Source: Steroidobacteraceae bacterium (GTDB taxonomy: Bacteria; Pseudomonadota; Gammaproteobacteria; Steroidobacterales; Steroidobacteraceae). Taken from it: a DNA stretch of 64,000 nucleotides. Under the pieces are notes generated by a model. It saw only the letters and a list, made by a program, of their open reading frames with translations. It was not told the origin of the DNA and made no database searches. The first letter of the stretch is position 1, and each line of letters starts with the position of its first letter. This document shows, one piece after another, positions 1 to 9,468 of this stretch. Both the position numbers and the translations under genes were made by a program. The DNA lies in contig DATGJR010000155.1 of assembly GCA_035295065.1 (NCBI GenBank), positions 903 through 64,902 of the forward strand. Reading direction: 5' to 3'.

Positions 1-492
1 CACCTTCATGCCGAGCGCGAGAGCTGAGTTTGCGACCTCGACGCCGATCGCGCCGAGCCCGACCACCCCGAGCGTGCGCCCGGGGAGCTCGATGCCGACG
101 AACTGCTTCTTGCCGCGCTCCACCTCCCGCTCGATCGCGGCGTCATCCCCCGCAAGGGCGCGCGTAAAGAGCCACGCCGGTCCGATGTTGCGCGCCGCGA
201 GCAGCAGGCCCGCGATCACCAGCTCCTTGACCGCATTCGCATTTGCGCCGGGAGAGTTGAACACCGGGATGCCGCGGGCACTCATGGCCTCGACCGGGAT
301 GTTGTTGACGCCGGCACCGGCGCGGCCGATCGCGCGCACGCTCGGGGCGATCGCCGCCGCTTCGAGCTCGGCCGAGCGCAACAGGATGGCATCGGGGCTC
401 GACACTCGCGGCCCGACTTCGTAGCGCTCGCGCGGCAGCCGCTCGAGCCCCCGCGGGCTGATGCTGTTGAGCGTGAGAATGCGATAGCTCAT
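1..492 (-). CDS. serA: D-3-phosphoglycerate dehydrogenase-type D-2-hydroxyacid dehydrogenase, N-terminal 164 codons (gene continues past left edge)
   Basis: Own reverse translation from ATG (complement of 490-492): MSYRILTLNSISPRGLERLP...IPVFNSPGANANAVKELV...GRTLGVVGLGAIGVEVANSALALGMKV. This is the substrate domain plus a GxGxxG NAD fold. It starts 5 nt after the serC stop. It is absent from the ORF track because it has no stop inside the window. Confidence 0.75.
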   Translation of the reverse strand, partial: MSYRILTLNSISPRGLERLPRERYEVGPRVSSPDAILLRSAELEAAAIAPSVRAIGRAGAGVNNIPVEAMSARGIPVFNSPGANANAVKELVIAGLLLAARNIGPAWLFTRALAGDDAAIEREVERGKKQFVGIELPGRTLGVVGLGAIGVEVANSALALGMKV

Positions 493-497
493 GCACC

Positions 498-1580
498 TCA
501 CCCGTGGCGGCGCTCGAAGTCCTTCATGAAGGCGATGAGCGCCTCGACGCCCGCGACCGGCATCGCGTTGTAGATGCTGGCGCGCATGCCACCGACGGAC
601 CGGTGACCTTCGAGGTTGATGAGCCCCGCGGCGCGTGCCTCGGTGGCGAATGCGCCCTCGAGCCGCGCATCGCGCAGCGTAAAAGGCACGTTCATCCACG
701 AACGGCACTCGGGAGCCACGGGATTCCTGTAGAAGCCCGAGGCATCGATCGCGGCGTAGAGCCGCGCGGCCTTGGCGCGGTTGCGCTCGCCCATGGCGTG
801 AAGTCCCCCCTGCGCCTTGAGCCACTTGAACACCAGCCCCGCGAGATACCAGGAGAAGGTCGGCGGGGTGTTGAACATCGAGCCCTCTTCGGCGACTGAT
901 GCGTAGCTCCACACCGCCGGTACGTCCTTGCGGGCGCGCCCGAGGAGGTCCTCGCGCACGATCACCACCACCAGGCCCGAGGGGCCGATGTTCTTCTGCG
1001 CACCGGCATAGATGAGCCCGAACGCCGACACATCGAGGGGTCGCGACAGGATCGTGGAGGACATGTCCGCGACCAGCGGCACTGCGCCGGTGTGCGGCAC
1101 GTAGGGGAACTCGACGCCGCCGATCGTCTCGTTCGGACAATAGTGCACGTAGGCCGCCCCGGAGCTCAGCTTCAGGCCTTGCTGATGCGGCACCGTCGTG
1201 TAGCGGGAAGCTTCCTCGTCCGCCGCCACGTTCACTCGTGCGATCAGCCGTCGCGCCTCGGTGACGGCGCGCTTCGACCAGTGACCCGTCACCACATAAT
1301 CGACGGTCGCATCGGCGGGTGCGAGGTTGAGGGGCACCACGGAGAACTGCGAGGCGCCGCCCCCCTGCATGAAGAGCACACGGTAATTGGCGGGCACCGC
1401 CAGGAGCTCGCGCAGGTCGCTCTCGGCCTCGCGTGCCATGGCGAGAAAGGGCTTGCCGCGATGGCTGATCTCCATGACGGAGGCGCCGAGCCCGCGCCAG
1501 TCGGTGAGCTCCTCGCGAGCCTGCTCGAGAACTTCGACGGGCAGCGTCGCCGGCCCCGCAGCGAAATTGAATGCGCGCAT
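498..1580 (-). CDS. serC: phosphoserine aminotransferase
   Basis: 360 aa. N-terminus MRAFNFAAGPATLPVEVLEQAREEL...ISHRGKPF is typical SerC. Lies between gyrA and serA. Confidence 0.95.
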   Translation of the reverse strand: MRAFNFAAGPATLPVEVLEQAREELTDWRGLGASVMEISHRGKPFLAMAREAESDLRELLAVPANYRVLFMQGGGASQFSVVPLNLAPADATVDYVVTGHWSKRAVTEARRLIARVNVAADEEASRYTTVPHQQGLKLSSGAAYVHYCPNETIGGVEFPYVPHTGAVPLVADMSSTILSRPLDVSAFGLIYAGAQKNIGPSGLVVVIVREDLLGRARKDVPAVWSYASVAEEGSMFNTPPTFSWYLAGLVFKWLKAQGGLHAMGERNRAKAARLYAAIDASGFYRNPVAPECRSWMNVPFTLRDARLEGAFATEARAAGLINLEGHRSVGGMRASIYNAMPVAGVEALIAFMKDFERRHG

Positions 1581-1582
1581 TC

Positions 1583-4174
1583 TCAGGCCTCGGGCGGGCT
1601 CGCTGGGGTCCCAGCCGTCTCGGTCTCCTCCTCGCCCCCCTCGAGACTCGCCACCCGCTCGATGCCGACCAGCCGCTCTCCCCCTTCGCCGAGCCGGATG
1701 AGGCGCACGCCCTGGGTATTGCGTCCCTGCACGGAAATCTCATCCACCGTGGTACGCACCAGGGTGCCGGTGGAGCTGATCAGCATGATCTCTTCCCCGG
1801 CCCGCACCTGCAGCGCCGCCACCGAGTCGCCGTTACGGCCGCCGGTCTGCAGTGCGATCACTCCCTGACCCCCGCGGCCGTGCGCCGGAAAGTCCTCGAG
1901 CGGGGTGCGCTTGCCGTAGCCCGCGGCCGAGGCGGTGAGCACATGACCCTCGCCCACCACGATCAGGGCGATGACTTCCTGCCCGGCGCCGAGACGGATG
2001 CCGCGCACGCCGGCCGCCTCGCGCCCCATGTAGCGCACCTCGCCCTCGTGAAAGCGGATCGCCTTGCCGCCACTCGAGACGAGGATGATCTCGCGCTCGC
2101 CGTCGGTGAGTGCGACCCCGACCAGCTGATCGTTGTCGGCAAGATCCACCGCGATGATGCCGGTCGAGCGCGGGCGCGAGAACGCCGCGAGCGGCGTCTT
2201 CTTTACGGTGCCGGCGCGCGTCGCCATGAACACGAAGTGCTGCTCGTCGTACTGCTTGACCGGCAGCAGCGCGTTGATCTTCTCGCCCTCCCCGAGCGGC
2301 AGGAGGTTCACCATCGGCTTGCCGCGCGCGCCGCGCCCGGCCTGCGGCAGCTCGTACACCTTGAGCCAGTACACCTTGCCGCGGTTGGAGAAGCACAGCA
2401 CCGTGTCGTGGGTGTGGGCGACGAAGAGCTTCTCCACGAAGTCCTCGTCCTTGACCGCGGTCGCGGTCTTGCCGCGCCCGCCGCGCCGCTGTGTCTGGTA
2501 CTCAGTGAGGGGCTGCGCCTTGGCATAGCCCGCATGCGAGAGCGTCACCACCACGTCCTGCGGCTCGATCAGGTCCTCGGTGGTGAGATTGAGATGGTCG
2601 CGATTGATCTCGGTGCGCCGCGCATCGCCGTAGGTCTCGCGCATCTCGAGGAGCTCGCCGCGCACCACCTGCGTGAGACGCTCGGGGCGCGCGAGGATGT
2701 CGGAGAGATCGCGCAGCTGCTCGAGGAGCGTCCGGTACTCCTCGACGATCTTGTCGCGCTCGAGACCGGTGAGGCGGTGCAGCCGCATGTCGAGGATCGC
2801 CTGCCCCTGGGCCTCCGAGAGCCGATAGCCGCCCCCGTTCAGGCCGAAGTCCGCGGCGAGTCCCTGCGGGCGCGTCGAAATCGCGCCGGCCCGCTCGAGG
2901 AGCTCGGTCACGAGCCCCGGCGGCCAGGCCCGTGCGAGGAGCGCCGCGCGCGCCTCGGCCGGATTGGGCGAGGCCTTGATGAGCGCAATCACCGCGTCGA
3001 TATTCGCGAGCGCCACCGCCAGGCCCTCGAGGATATGGGCGCGCTCGCGCGCCTTGCCGAGGTCGTAGATTGTGCGCCGCGTGACCACCTCGCGCCGGTG
3101 GCGTATGAACGCATCCAGCATCTCCTTGAGCGACATCAGCTTCGGCTGCCCGTCCTGCAGCGCCACCATGTTGATGCCGAACACCGTCTCCATCGGCGTC
3201 TGCGCGTAGAGATTGTTGAGGACGATCTCGGTCACCTCGCCGCGCTTGAGCTCGATGACGATGCGCATGCCGTCCTTGTCGGACTCATCGCGCAGGCCGT
3301 CGCCGGCGATGCCGTCGAGCTGCTTCTCGCGCACCAGCTCGGCGATGCGCTCGATGAGGCGCGCCTTGTTGACCTGATAGGGGAGCTCGGTCACCACGAT
3401 CGCCTGGCGGTCGCCGCGCCCGATGTCCTCGATCGCGACGCGCGCGCGCACCGACAGCCGCCCGCGCCCGGTACGGTAGGCGGTGGCGATCTCCTGGGCG
3501 CCGTTGATGATGCCGCCGGTCGGGAAATCGGGCCCGGGCATGTGCTGCATGATGGAGGCGAGCGGCAGTGCCGGATCATCGAGCAGCGCGAGACACGCGT
3601 TGATGGTCTCGGTGAGGTTGTGTGGCGGGATATTGGTGGCCATGCCGACCGCGATGCCCGTCTGGCCGTTCACCAGCAGGTTCGGGATGCGCGTCGGCAG
3701 CACCGAGGGCTCGAGCTCGGATTCGTCGTAATTGGGGGTGAAATCGACCGTTTCCTTGTCGATGTCGGCGAGCAGCTCGTGCGCGATGCGCGACATGCGC
3801 ACCTCGGTGTAACGCATGGCGGCCGGCAGATCGCCGTCCACCGAGCCGAAGTTGCCCTGCCCGTCGACCAGCAGGTAGCGCATCGAGAAGGGCTGCGCCA
3901 TGCGCACGATGGTGTCGTACACGGCCGTGTCACCGTGCGGGTGGTACTTGCCGATCACATCGCCCACCACGCGCGCCGACTTCTTGTAGGCCTTGTTCCA
4001 GTCGTTACCGAGCTCGCGCATGGCGTGCAGCACGCGCCGGTGCACGGGCTTGAGTCCATCGCGCACATCGGGCAGGGCACGCCCGACGATCACGCTCATT
4101 GCATAGTCGAGGTAGGACTGTCGCATCTCCTCTTCGAGACTGACCGACAGAACTTCGCGGGCGATCTCAGCCAT
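1583..4174 (-). CDS. gyrA: DNA gyrase subunit A
   Basis: 863 aa. Contains [36 protein letters not shown] and the AAMRYTE active-site Tyr region, plus an acidic C-terminal tail. Confidence 0.97.
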   Translation of the reverse strand: MAEIAREVLSVSLEEEMRQSYLDYAMSVIVGRALPDVRDGLKPVHRRVLHAMRELGNDWNKAYKKSARVVGDVIGKYHPHGDTAVYDTIVRMAQPFSMRYLLVDGQGNFGSVDGDLPAAMRYTEVRMSRIAHELLADIDKETVDFTPNYDESELEPSVLPTRIPNLLVNGQTGIAVGMATNIPPHNLTETINACLALLDDPALPLASIMQHMPGPDFPTGGIINGAQEIATAYRTGRGRLSVRARVAIEDIGRGDRQAIVVTELPYQVNKARLIERIAELVREKQLDGIAGDGLRDESDKDGMRIVIELKRGEVTEIVLNNLYAQTPMETVFGINMVALQDGQPKLMSLKEMLDAFIRHRREVVTRRTIYDLGKARERAHILEGLAVALANIDAVIALIKASPNPAEARAALLARAWPPGLVTELLERAGAISTRPQGLAADFGLNGGGYRLSEAQGQAILDMRLHRLTGLERDKIVEEYRTLLEQLRDLSDILARPERLTQVVRGELLEMRETYGDARRTEINRDHLNLTTEDLIEPQDVVVTLSHAGYAKAQPLTEYQTQRRGGRGKTATAVKDEDFVEKLFVAHTHDTVLCFSNRGKVYWLKVYELPQAGRGARGKPMVNLLPLGEGEKINALLPVKQYDEQHFVFMATRAGTVKKTPLAAFSRPRSTGIIAVDLADNDQLVGVALTDGEREIILVSSGGKAIRFHEGEVRYMGREAAGVRGIRLGAGQEVIALIVVGEGHVLTASAAGYGKRTPLEDFPAHGRGGQGVIALQTGGRNGDSVAALQVRAGEEIMLISSTGTLVRTTVDEISVQGRNTQGVRLIRLGEGGERLVGIERVASLEGGEEETETAGTPASPPEA

Positions 4175-4221
4175 TCACTATTGGGGTTGGGAGGGCCGTT
4201 GGCCCATGAAATAAAGGAGAA

Positions 4222-4230
4222 ATTCTACCA
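4222..4230 (-). promoter_or_regulatory. candidate extended -10 promoter element for gyrA (TGgTAGAAT on minus strand)
   Basis: Plus-strand ATTCTACCA equals minus-strand TGGTAGAAT, about 48 nt upstream of the gyrA ATG. No convincing -35, which is compatible with an extended -10 type. Confidence 0.35.
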
Positions 4231-4341
4231 CGAAGCGCGGGTGCGACCCCCGCTAAGAATGCGTCCGTGATGCGCTTCTGCGGCCTCTTGTCAAGCCGCG
4301 CCGCGCGCCTCGCGACGCGCGCCGATATACTTCGCAGCGCC

Positions 4342-5055
4342 ATGCACAGCCCCGAAACCACCCGCAGCGCGAACGCCGATCCGGGCGAGATCGGCAAATT
4401 CGACGCGGTCGCCGCGCGCTTCTGGGACCCCGCCGGGGAGTTCCGTCCCCTGCATCTGCTCAATCCGGTGCGCACGCGCTACATCGCCGCGCATGCAGCG
4501 CTACGGGGCAGTCGCGTGCTCGATGTCGGCTGCGGCGGGGGCCTGCTCGCCGAGGCGCTGACCCGCGAGGGTGCCGCCGTCACGGCCATCGATCTGGCGC
4601 CCGGCATGATCGAGGTCGCGCGGCTGCACGCCGCCGAATCCGGGCTCGCCATCGACTACCGCACGGTCGAGGCGGAGACGCTGCGCGCGAGCGGCGCCAC
4701 CTTCGACGTCGTCACCTGCATGGAGATGCTCGAGCACGTGCCGCAGCCGGCGGACATGCTGGCGAGCCTCGCAGCGCTGATCCGCCCCGGGGGCGCCCTG
4801 TTCGTGTCCACGCTGAACCGGAATCTGCGCTCCTTTCTCATGGCGATCGTCGCCGGCGAATACCTGCTGAAGCTCCTGCCGCGCGGCACTCACGAGTACG
4901 AGCGACTCATCCGCCCCTCCGAGCTCGCGCGCTGGGCTCGCGGCGCCGGGCTCACACTCACGGATCTCGCCGGCATCGAGCTCAGTCCCTTCACCGGGCA
5001 CGCCGCGCTCACGCGCAACGTCGCGGTGAACTACCTCGCCTGTTTCAGGCGCTAG
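4342..5055 (+). CDS. ubiG: bifunctional 3-demethylubiquinol / 2-polyprenyl-6-hydroxyphenol O-methyltransferase
   Basis: Contains GEIGKFDAVAARFWDPAGEFRPLHLLNPVRTRYI and the SAM motif VLDVGCGGGLLAE. Divergent from gyrA as in E. coli. Start trimmed to the ATG at 4342 (track ORF starts at 4267). Confidence 0.9.
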   Translation: MHSPETTRSANADPGEIGKFDAVAARFWDPAGEFRPLHLLNPVRTRYIAAHAALRGSRVLDVGCGGGLLAEALTREGAAVTAIDLAPGMIEVARLHAAESGLAIDYRTVEAETLRASGATFDVVTCMEMLEHVPQPADMLASLAALIRPGGALFVSTLNRNLRSFLMAIVAGEYLLKLLPRGTHEYERLIRPSELARWARGAGLTLTDLAGIELSPFTGHAALTRNVAVNYLACFRR

Positions 5056-5064
5056 CCGCACGCA

Positions 5065-6360
5065 GTGACCACCCTCCCCGCCCTGACTCTGGTCGCCCTC
5101 GCAGGGCTCCTGGTCGGAGTGCTCCTCGGGGGCATCGCCATGCAGATGCGCGCGGCGCGGCGCATCGGGACCCTGCACCTCGAGCTGACCGCCGCGCAGG
5201 TGCGGCTGGAATCAGCGGCGGCACAGGAAGCCGGCCGCCTGAAGGTCCTCGAGCAGTCCGAGACACAATTGCGCGCGGCGTTCGGCGCGCTCGCGGGCGA
5301 GGCGCTGCGCGCCAACAACGAGCAATTCCTCCACATGGCGCGCCAGGTGCTAGGGCGTGACCAGGCCGTGGCCGAGGGCGCGCTCAAGGAGCGCGAGGCG
5401 GCGATCGCGCAGCTGGTGCTGCCGCTGCGCGCCTCGCTCGAGCGCACCGAGGCGCAGGTCGAAGCGCTCGAGCGCGAGCGGCGCGAGACCTTCGCTACGC
5501 TGCGCGCACAGATCGAGAGCCTGAGCGGCGGCCAGGCGCAGCTCTCGCGCGAGACGCGCAATCTGGTGACGGCGCTGCGCCGGCCCGAGGTGCGCGGCCG
5601 CTGGGGCGAGCTGACACTGCGCCGCCTGGTGGAGCTCGCGGGCCTCACCGAGCATTGCGATTTTACCGAGCAGCCGACGGTTGCCGGTGAGGAAGGCCGG
5701 CTGCGCCCGGATCTCGTCGTGCACATGCCCGAAGCGCGCGACCTCGTGATCGACGCCAAGTCCCCCTTCGAAGCCTACCTCGCAGCGCTCGAGGCGCCGA
5801 CCGAGGAGGAGCGCTCGCTCGCCCTCAAGCGCCACGCGAGCCAGGTCGAGGCGCGCGTGCGCGACCTCGCCAGCAAGAGCTACTGGAGCCAGTTTGAGCG
5901 CAGCCCGGAGTTTGCGGTGCTCTTCCTCCCGGGAGACCAGTTCCTGTCCGCGGCGCTCGCCGAGCGGCCCGAGCTTCTCGAGAACGCCCTTTCGCAGAGC
6001 GTCGTCATCACGACTCCCTCGACCCTGATCGCGCTGCTGAAAACCGTCGCCTACGGCTGGCGCCAGTCGGAGGTCGCACACAATGCCGCGCTGATCCGCG
6101 ACCTGGGACAGGAGCTTTATCGGCGGCTGTCGACCTTCGATGGCCATCTGGCCCGCACGGGGCAGCGACTCGCCGCGGCCGTCGAGGCCTACAACGCCGC
6201 GGTCGGCTCGCTCGAGCGGCAGGTCCTGCCGCAGGCGCGGCGCTTCACCGAGCTCGGCGTGACGGCGGATGCGCCGCTCCCGGTGCTCGAGCAGGTCACG
6301 CAGCTCACCCGCAGCGCCCCCCCCGCGGCGCTCGCTGAGCCTCCGATCGCCGCGGAATGA
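5065..6360 (+). CDS. rmuC: DNA recombination protein RmuC
   Basis: 431 aa. N-terminal TM helix, coiled-coil region, then GELTLRRLVELAGLTEHCDFTEQ...DLVVHMPEARDLVIDAKSPFEAY, the RmuC nuclease-like core. GTG start. Confidence 0.9.
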   Translation: MTTLPALTLVALAGLLVGVLLGGIAMQMRAARRIGTLHLELTAAQVRLESAAAQEAGRLKVLEQSETQLRAAFGALAGEALRANNEQFLHMARQVLGRDQAVAEGALKEREAAIAQLVLPLRASLERTEAQVEALERERRETFATLRAQIESLSGGQAQLSRETRNLVTALRRPEVRGRWGELTLRRLVELAGLTEHCDFTEQPTVAGEEGRLRPDLVVHMPEARDLVIDAKSPFEAYLAALEAPTEEERSLALKRHASQVEARVRDLASKSYWSQFERSPEFAVLFLPGDQFLSAALAERPELLENALSQSVVITTPSTLIALLKTVAYGWRQSEVAHNAALIRDLGQELYRRLSTFDGHLARTGQRLAAAVEAYNAAVGSLERQVLPQARRFTELGVTADAPLPVLEQVTQLTRSAPPAALAEPPIAAE

Positions 6361-7181
6361 CCGCGGTAGCGCCGGCGGAGTCCTCCACCCGCCGTCTGGC
6401 CTGCCTCTACGCGAGCGAGTCGCAGCGGCCGCTCCTGAGCGCGCTCTGCGCGCTCGAAGCGGAGATCGGCGCGAGCCTCAAAGCCGGAGTCGACCACAGC
6501 ATCGCGCACGTTCGGCTCGCGTGGTGGCGCGAGGAATGTGCCCGCTGTGCGGCGGGCACGCCTGCCGCTCCACTGACCCGCGCCATCGGCGCGCACTTCG
6601 CCGGCCGCGAGCGCACGGCGCTCGGGGGGCTCGCGGGACTCGTCGAGGTGGCGGCGTGGGATCTGGCGGCCGCCACCTTCGCGACCCGGCGCGAGCTCAG
6701 CGCCTACTGCGAGCGCTGGTCGGCCGGCTTCGTCGTGCCGTTCGCGCAGTTCGCCGCTCCGCAGGTCGATACCGCGAGCGCGCTCGCCCTCGGGACGACT
6801 CTGCGGGCTATCGAGCTCCTCGGCAGTCTCGCGGACGATGCCCGCTCAGGCAGGGTGAGGCTGCCGCTCGATGAGCTCGAGGCGGCGCAGGCGGATCCCG
6901 CAGATCTTCTGACACCGCCCTGGAGTGCGGCGCTCGCGGCGCATCTGGCGAGGCGGCATCGCGAGTTGCGCACCGAGCTCTCGGTCCGGGTACGCGCGCT
7001 CCCGGGGGAGGCGCAGCCACGGCTGCGCTCGCTCCTCGTGTGGGCACGGCTCGCCGTGCTCGAGTCGCAACGCATCGAGCGGCGCTTGCCGCAGGCGCCT
7101 GCCGCAAGCGACCATCGCGGGGCGCTCGATGGCTGGCGCGCCTGGCGCGCCGCCCGGCGCGCGGATTCAGGAACGTTGTAG
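6357..7181 (+). CDS. squalene/phytoene synthase family protein with a degenerate first Asp-rich motif
   Basis: RLAWWREE and LADDARSGRVRLPLDELE match the isoprenoid head-to-head synthase fold. The expected first DxxxD box reads ALEAEIGAS. ATGA overlap with the rmuC stop. Confidence 0.6.
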   Translation: MTAVAPAESSTRRLACLYASESQRPLLSALCALEAEIGASLKAGVDHSIAHVRLAWWREECARCAAGTPAAPLTRAIGAHFAGRERTALGGLAGLVEVAAWDLAAATFATRRELSAYCERWSAGFVVPFAQFAAPQVDTASALALGTTLRAIELLGSLADDARSGRVRLPLDELEAAQADPADLLTPPWSAALAAHLARRHRELRTELSVRVRALPGEAQPRLRSLLVWARLAVLESQRIERRLPQAPAASDHRGALDGWRAWRAARRADSGTL

Positions 7182-7213
7182 TTGATTGGCCGGGACTTTC
7201 AGGAGTACGTGAC

Positions 7214-7975
7214 TTGACCGACCGCTTCGATCCGCGCAACCACCGCGCGCAATCGGACGAGCTCGCCGGACGGGTCATCGCGGTGACGGGTGCGAGCTCG
7301 GGCCTGGGGCGCGCGGTGGCGCTCGACTGTGCGCGCCACGGTGCCGAGCTCGTACTGGTGGGCCGGAGCGAGCCGAAGCTGGAGGCCGTGCACGCCGAGA
7401 TCGCTGCGCTCGGCGCCGCCGAAGCCTCCATCGGGGTGCTCGATCTCGAGCGCGCCGTCGCCGGCGATTACGATGCGCTCGCGCAGGCCATCGCCACACG
7501 CTACGGACGGCTCGATGGCCTCCTGCACAACGCCGGACTTCTCGGGACCCTCTCCCCCATCGAGCACTACGACGTGCCGACCTGGTGCCGGGTACTGCAC
7601 GTCAATCTGACCGCCGCCTTCGCGCTCACGCAGGTACTGCTGCCGGCGCTCAAGCAGTCCGCGGACGCTTCCATCGTCTTCACCTCGAGCAGCGTCGGGC
7701 GGCGCGGCCGAGCCTACTGGGGCGCCTACGCGGTATCGAAGTTCGCGCTCGAGGGTCTCTCGCAGGTGCTGGCGGATGAGCTCGAGGGCACGAGCGCCAT
7801 CCGCGTCAACACGCTCAACCCCGGACGTGCCCGCACCGCGATGCGCCGCCAGGCGTACCCGGCGGAGGACTTCTCAACGGTGCCGGTTCCTGAGTCCCTG
7901 ACGGCTCCCTATCTCGCGCTCCTCGGTCCGGCCAGCCGCGGCATCACCGGGCAGCAGTTCAACGCCCAGGCCTAG
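7214..7975 (+). CDS. yciK: YciK-like short-chain dehydrogenase/reductase
   Basis: GRVIAVTGASSGLGRA...RLDGLLHNAGLLG...FTSSSVGRRGRAYWGAYAVSKFALEG...NPGRARTAM aligns along its length with E. coli YciK as I recall it. Start set to the TTG at 7214, behind AGGAG at 7201-7205 (track ORF start 7040 overlaps the preceding gene). Start is uncertain. Confidence 0.8.
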   Translation: MTDRFDPRNHRAQSDELAGRVIAVTGASSGLGRAVALDCARHGAELVLVGRSEPKLEAVHAEIAALGAAEASIGVLDLERAVAGDYDALAQAIATRYGRLDGLLHNAGLLGTLSPIEHYDVPTWCRVLHVNLTAAFALTQVLLPALKQSADASIVFTSSSVGRRGRAYWGAYAVSKFALEGLSQVLADELEGTSAIRVNTLNPGRARTAMRRQAYPAEDFSTVPVPESLTAPYLALLGPASRGITGQQFNAQA

Positions 7976-8779
7976 CACGGCGTCGAGCTCCGCCTCCGTC
8001 AGCTCGCGAAAGCGGCCGCGCGGGAGCGAGCGCACCAGCGACAGGGACCCAAGCCGCGTGCGCAGCACCCGACTGACGAGCCCGCCTTGCCGCTCGACGA
8101 GCTGGCGCACCTGCTTGCCGCTCGCACCGCGGGCGCGGATCGTGTACCAGCGGTTGGCACCCTCCCCACCGCCCGGCTCGCAGCTTTCGACCGCAATCGC
8201 CGGCCCGCTGTCCAGCGCGCCACCGAGGATCCCGCGCAGCTGCTCCTGCGAGAGCTCACCGCGTACGCGCACCCCGTACTCGCCGACGAGCGCATGCACC
8301 GCGCGCTGCAGGCGCGCCGCCAGCTCCCCGTCCGACGTCACGAGCTCGAGTCCCCCGTCGATGTGCGGCATGGGGCTCACAGCGATGAAGCGGCGCCCGG
8401 CGCGCCGCGGGATGCGTTCGGTGAGCGGGGGGAGTCCCGCCGTGGCACTGCCGGCTGCGTTCCCGATGAGCGGCTCACCCGGCGAGCGATGACAGAGAAA
8501 CACGCGCTTAGGTCCCGCGCTCCCGCCGCCGCGTACCGGCCGGCCGTCGAGCTGGACCTTGTCGGAAACGCCCACCCGCGCACCGAGCGTCGCGGGCAGG
8601 CCATTGATGGTGAGGCGGCCGGCGCGGATCCAGCCCTCGGCCTCGCGCCGCGAGGCAATGCCGAAACGCGACAGCATCTTCTGCAGCCGCTCCCGGGGCG
8701 GTGCGGCCGCAGCCTCACCCGCGCCGCGCTCGCGCCGCTGCCGCACGCCCGAGCGGCGGCGCGCCGGTCGCGGGCCCAT
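7874..8779 (-). CDS. rluB: RluB/RsuA-family 23S rRNA pseudouridine synthase homolog with an atypical catalytic motif
   Basis: S4 domain LQKMLSRFGIASRREAEGWIRAGRLTINGL, then FIAVSPMPHIDGGLELVTSDGELAARL and EYGVRVRG. Last gene of scpA-scpB-rluB; its start overlaps the scpB stop (TGATG). Confidence 0.8.
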   Translation of the reverse strand: MGPRPARRRSGVRQRRERGAGEAAAAPPRERLQKMLSRFGIASRREAEGWIRAGRLTINGLPATLGARVGVSDKVQLDGRPVRGGGSAGPKRVFLCHRSPGEPLIGNAAGSATAGLPPLTERIPRRAGRRFIAVSPMPHIDGGLELVTSDGELAARLQRAVHALVGEYGVRVRGELSQEQLRGILGGALDSGPAIAVESCEPGGGEGANRWYTIRARGASGKQVRQLVERQGGLVSRVLRTRLGSLSLVRSLPRGRFRELTEAELDAVLGLGVELLPGDAAAGRTEEREIGSRQGLRNRHR

Positions 8780-9468
8780 CAGTCGTCCGTGTGGCGCGGC
8801 GCGGCGACCAGCTCGTGCGAGCCGTCGGTTCCGGCGGACAGCTCATCGTCCTCTGCGGTCTCGTCGGCCTCCGTGCTGTCAGCCGGCGCCTCTGTGACAC
8901 CACTCTCCTCGCCCGCGAGACCGAGCTCGAGATTGACCTCCCCGATGGCCTGCAGCTCAGCGAGCGGCGGCAGCTCATCGAGGCTCTTCAGGCCGAAGTA
9001 GTCGAGGAACTCGCGCGTGGTCCCGAGGAGCTCGGGGTGCCCGGGCACATCGCGATGCCCGACGACGCGCACCCAGTTGCGCTCGATCATGGTGCGGATG
9101 ATGTTGGGATTTACGGTCACGCCGCGCACCGCCTCGATCTCCGCGCGCGTGATCGGCTGGCGGTAGGCGATGAGAGCCAGCGTCTCGAGGAGCGCGCGCG
9201 AGTAGCGCACGGCACGCTCGGGCCACAGCCGCGAGATTTCGGCGGCGAGGTCGCTCCGCACCCGGATCGAATAGCCGCTGGCCGTGTGCTTGAGCTCGAT
9301 GCCGCGGCCGGCGTACTCCTGCTCGAGCGCCTCGAGCGCGGCGTGCAGCTGCTGCTGGCCCGGCCGGCGCTCCTCATCGAAGAGGCGGCCCAACTCGGCG
9401 AGCGGCAGCGGCTGACCGGCGGCGAGCAGCGCCGCCTCGATGACGTTCTTGATGTACGACTCGCTCAT
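8779..9468 (-). CDS. scpB: segregation and condensation protein B
   Basis: 229 aa. IKNVIEAALLAAGQPLPLAELGRLF...YRQPITRAEIEAVRGV, with an acidic C-terminal tail. Confidence 0.9.
   Translation of the reverse strand: MSESYIKNVIEAALLAAGQPLPLAELGRLFDEERRPGQQQLHAALEALEQEYAGRGIELKHTASGYSIRVRSDLAAEISRLWPERAVRYSRALLETLALIAYRQPITRAEIEAVRGVTVNPNIIRTMIERNWVRVVGHRDVPGHPELLGTTREFLDYFGLKSLDELPPLAELQAIGEVNLELGLAGEESGVTEAPADSTEADETAEDDELSAGTDGSHELVAAPRHTDD

Noticed and set aside
143-496. 117 aa minus-strand ORF offered by the track at the left edge
   Set aside because: Wrong frame. The frame starting at 492 gives a clean 2-hydroxyacid dehydrogenase N-terminus with a GxGxxG motif, whereas this one is Arg/Ala/Pro-rich noise.
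1571-4270. 899 aa ORF on the plus strand
   Set aside because: It lies exactly antisense to gyrA. Its translation is low-complexity Arg/Ala/Gly/Leu-rich with no recognisable motifs. This is the typical stop-codon-poor antisense frame of very GC-rich coding DNA.
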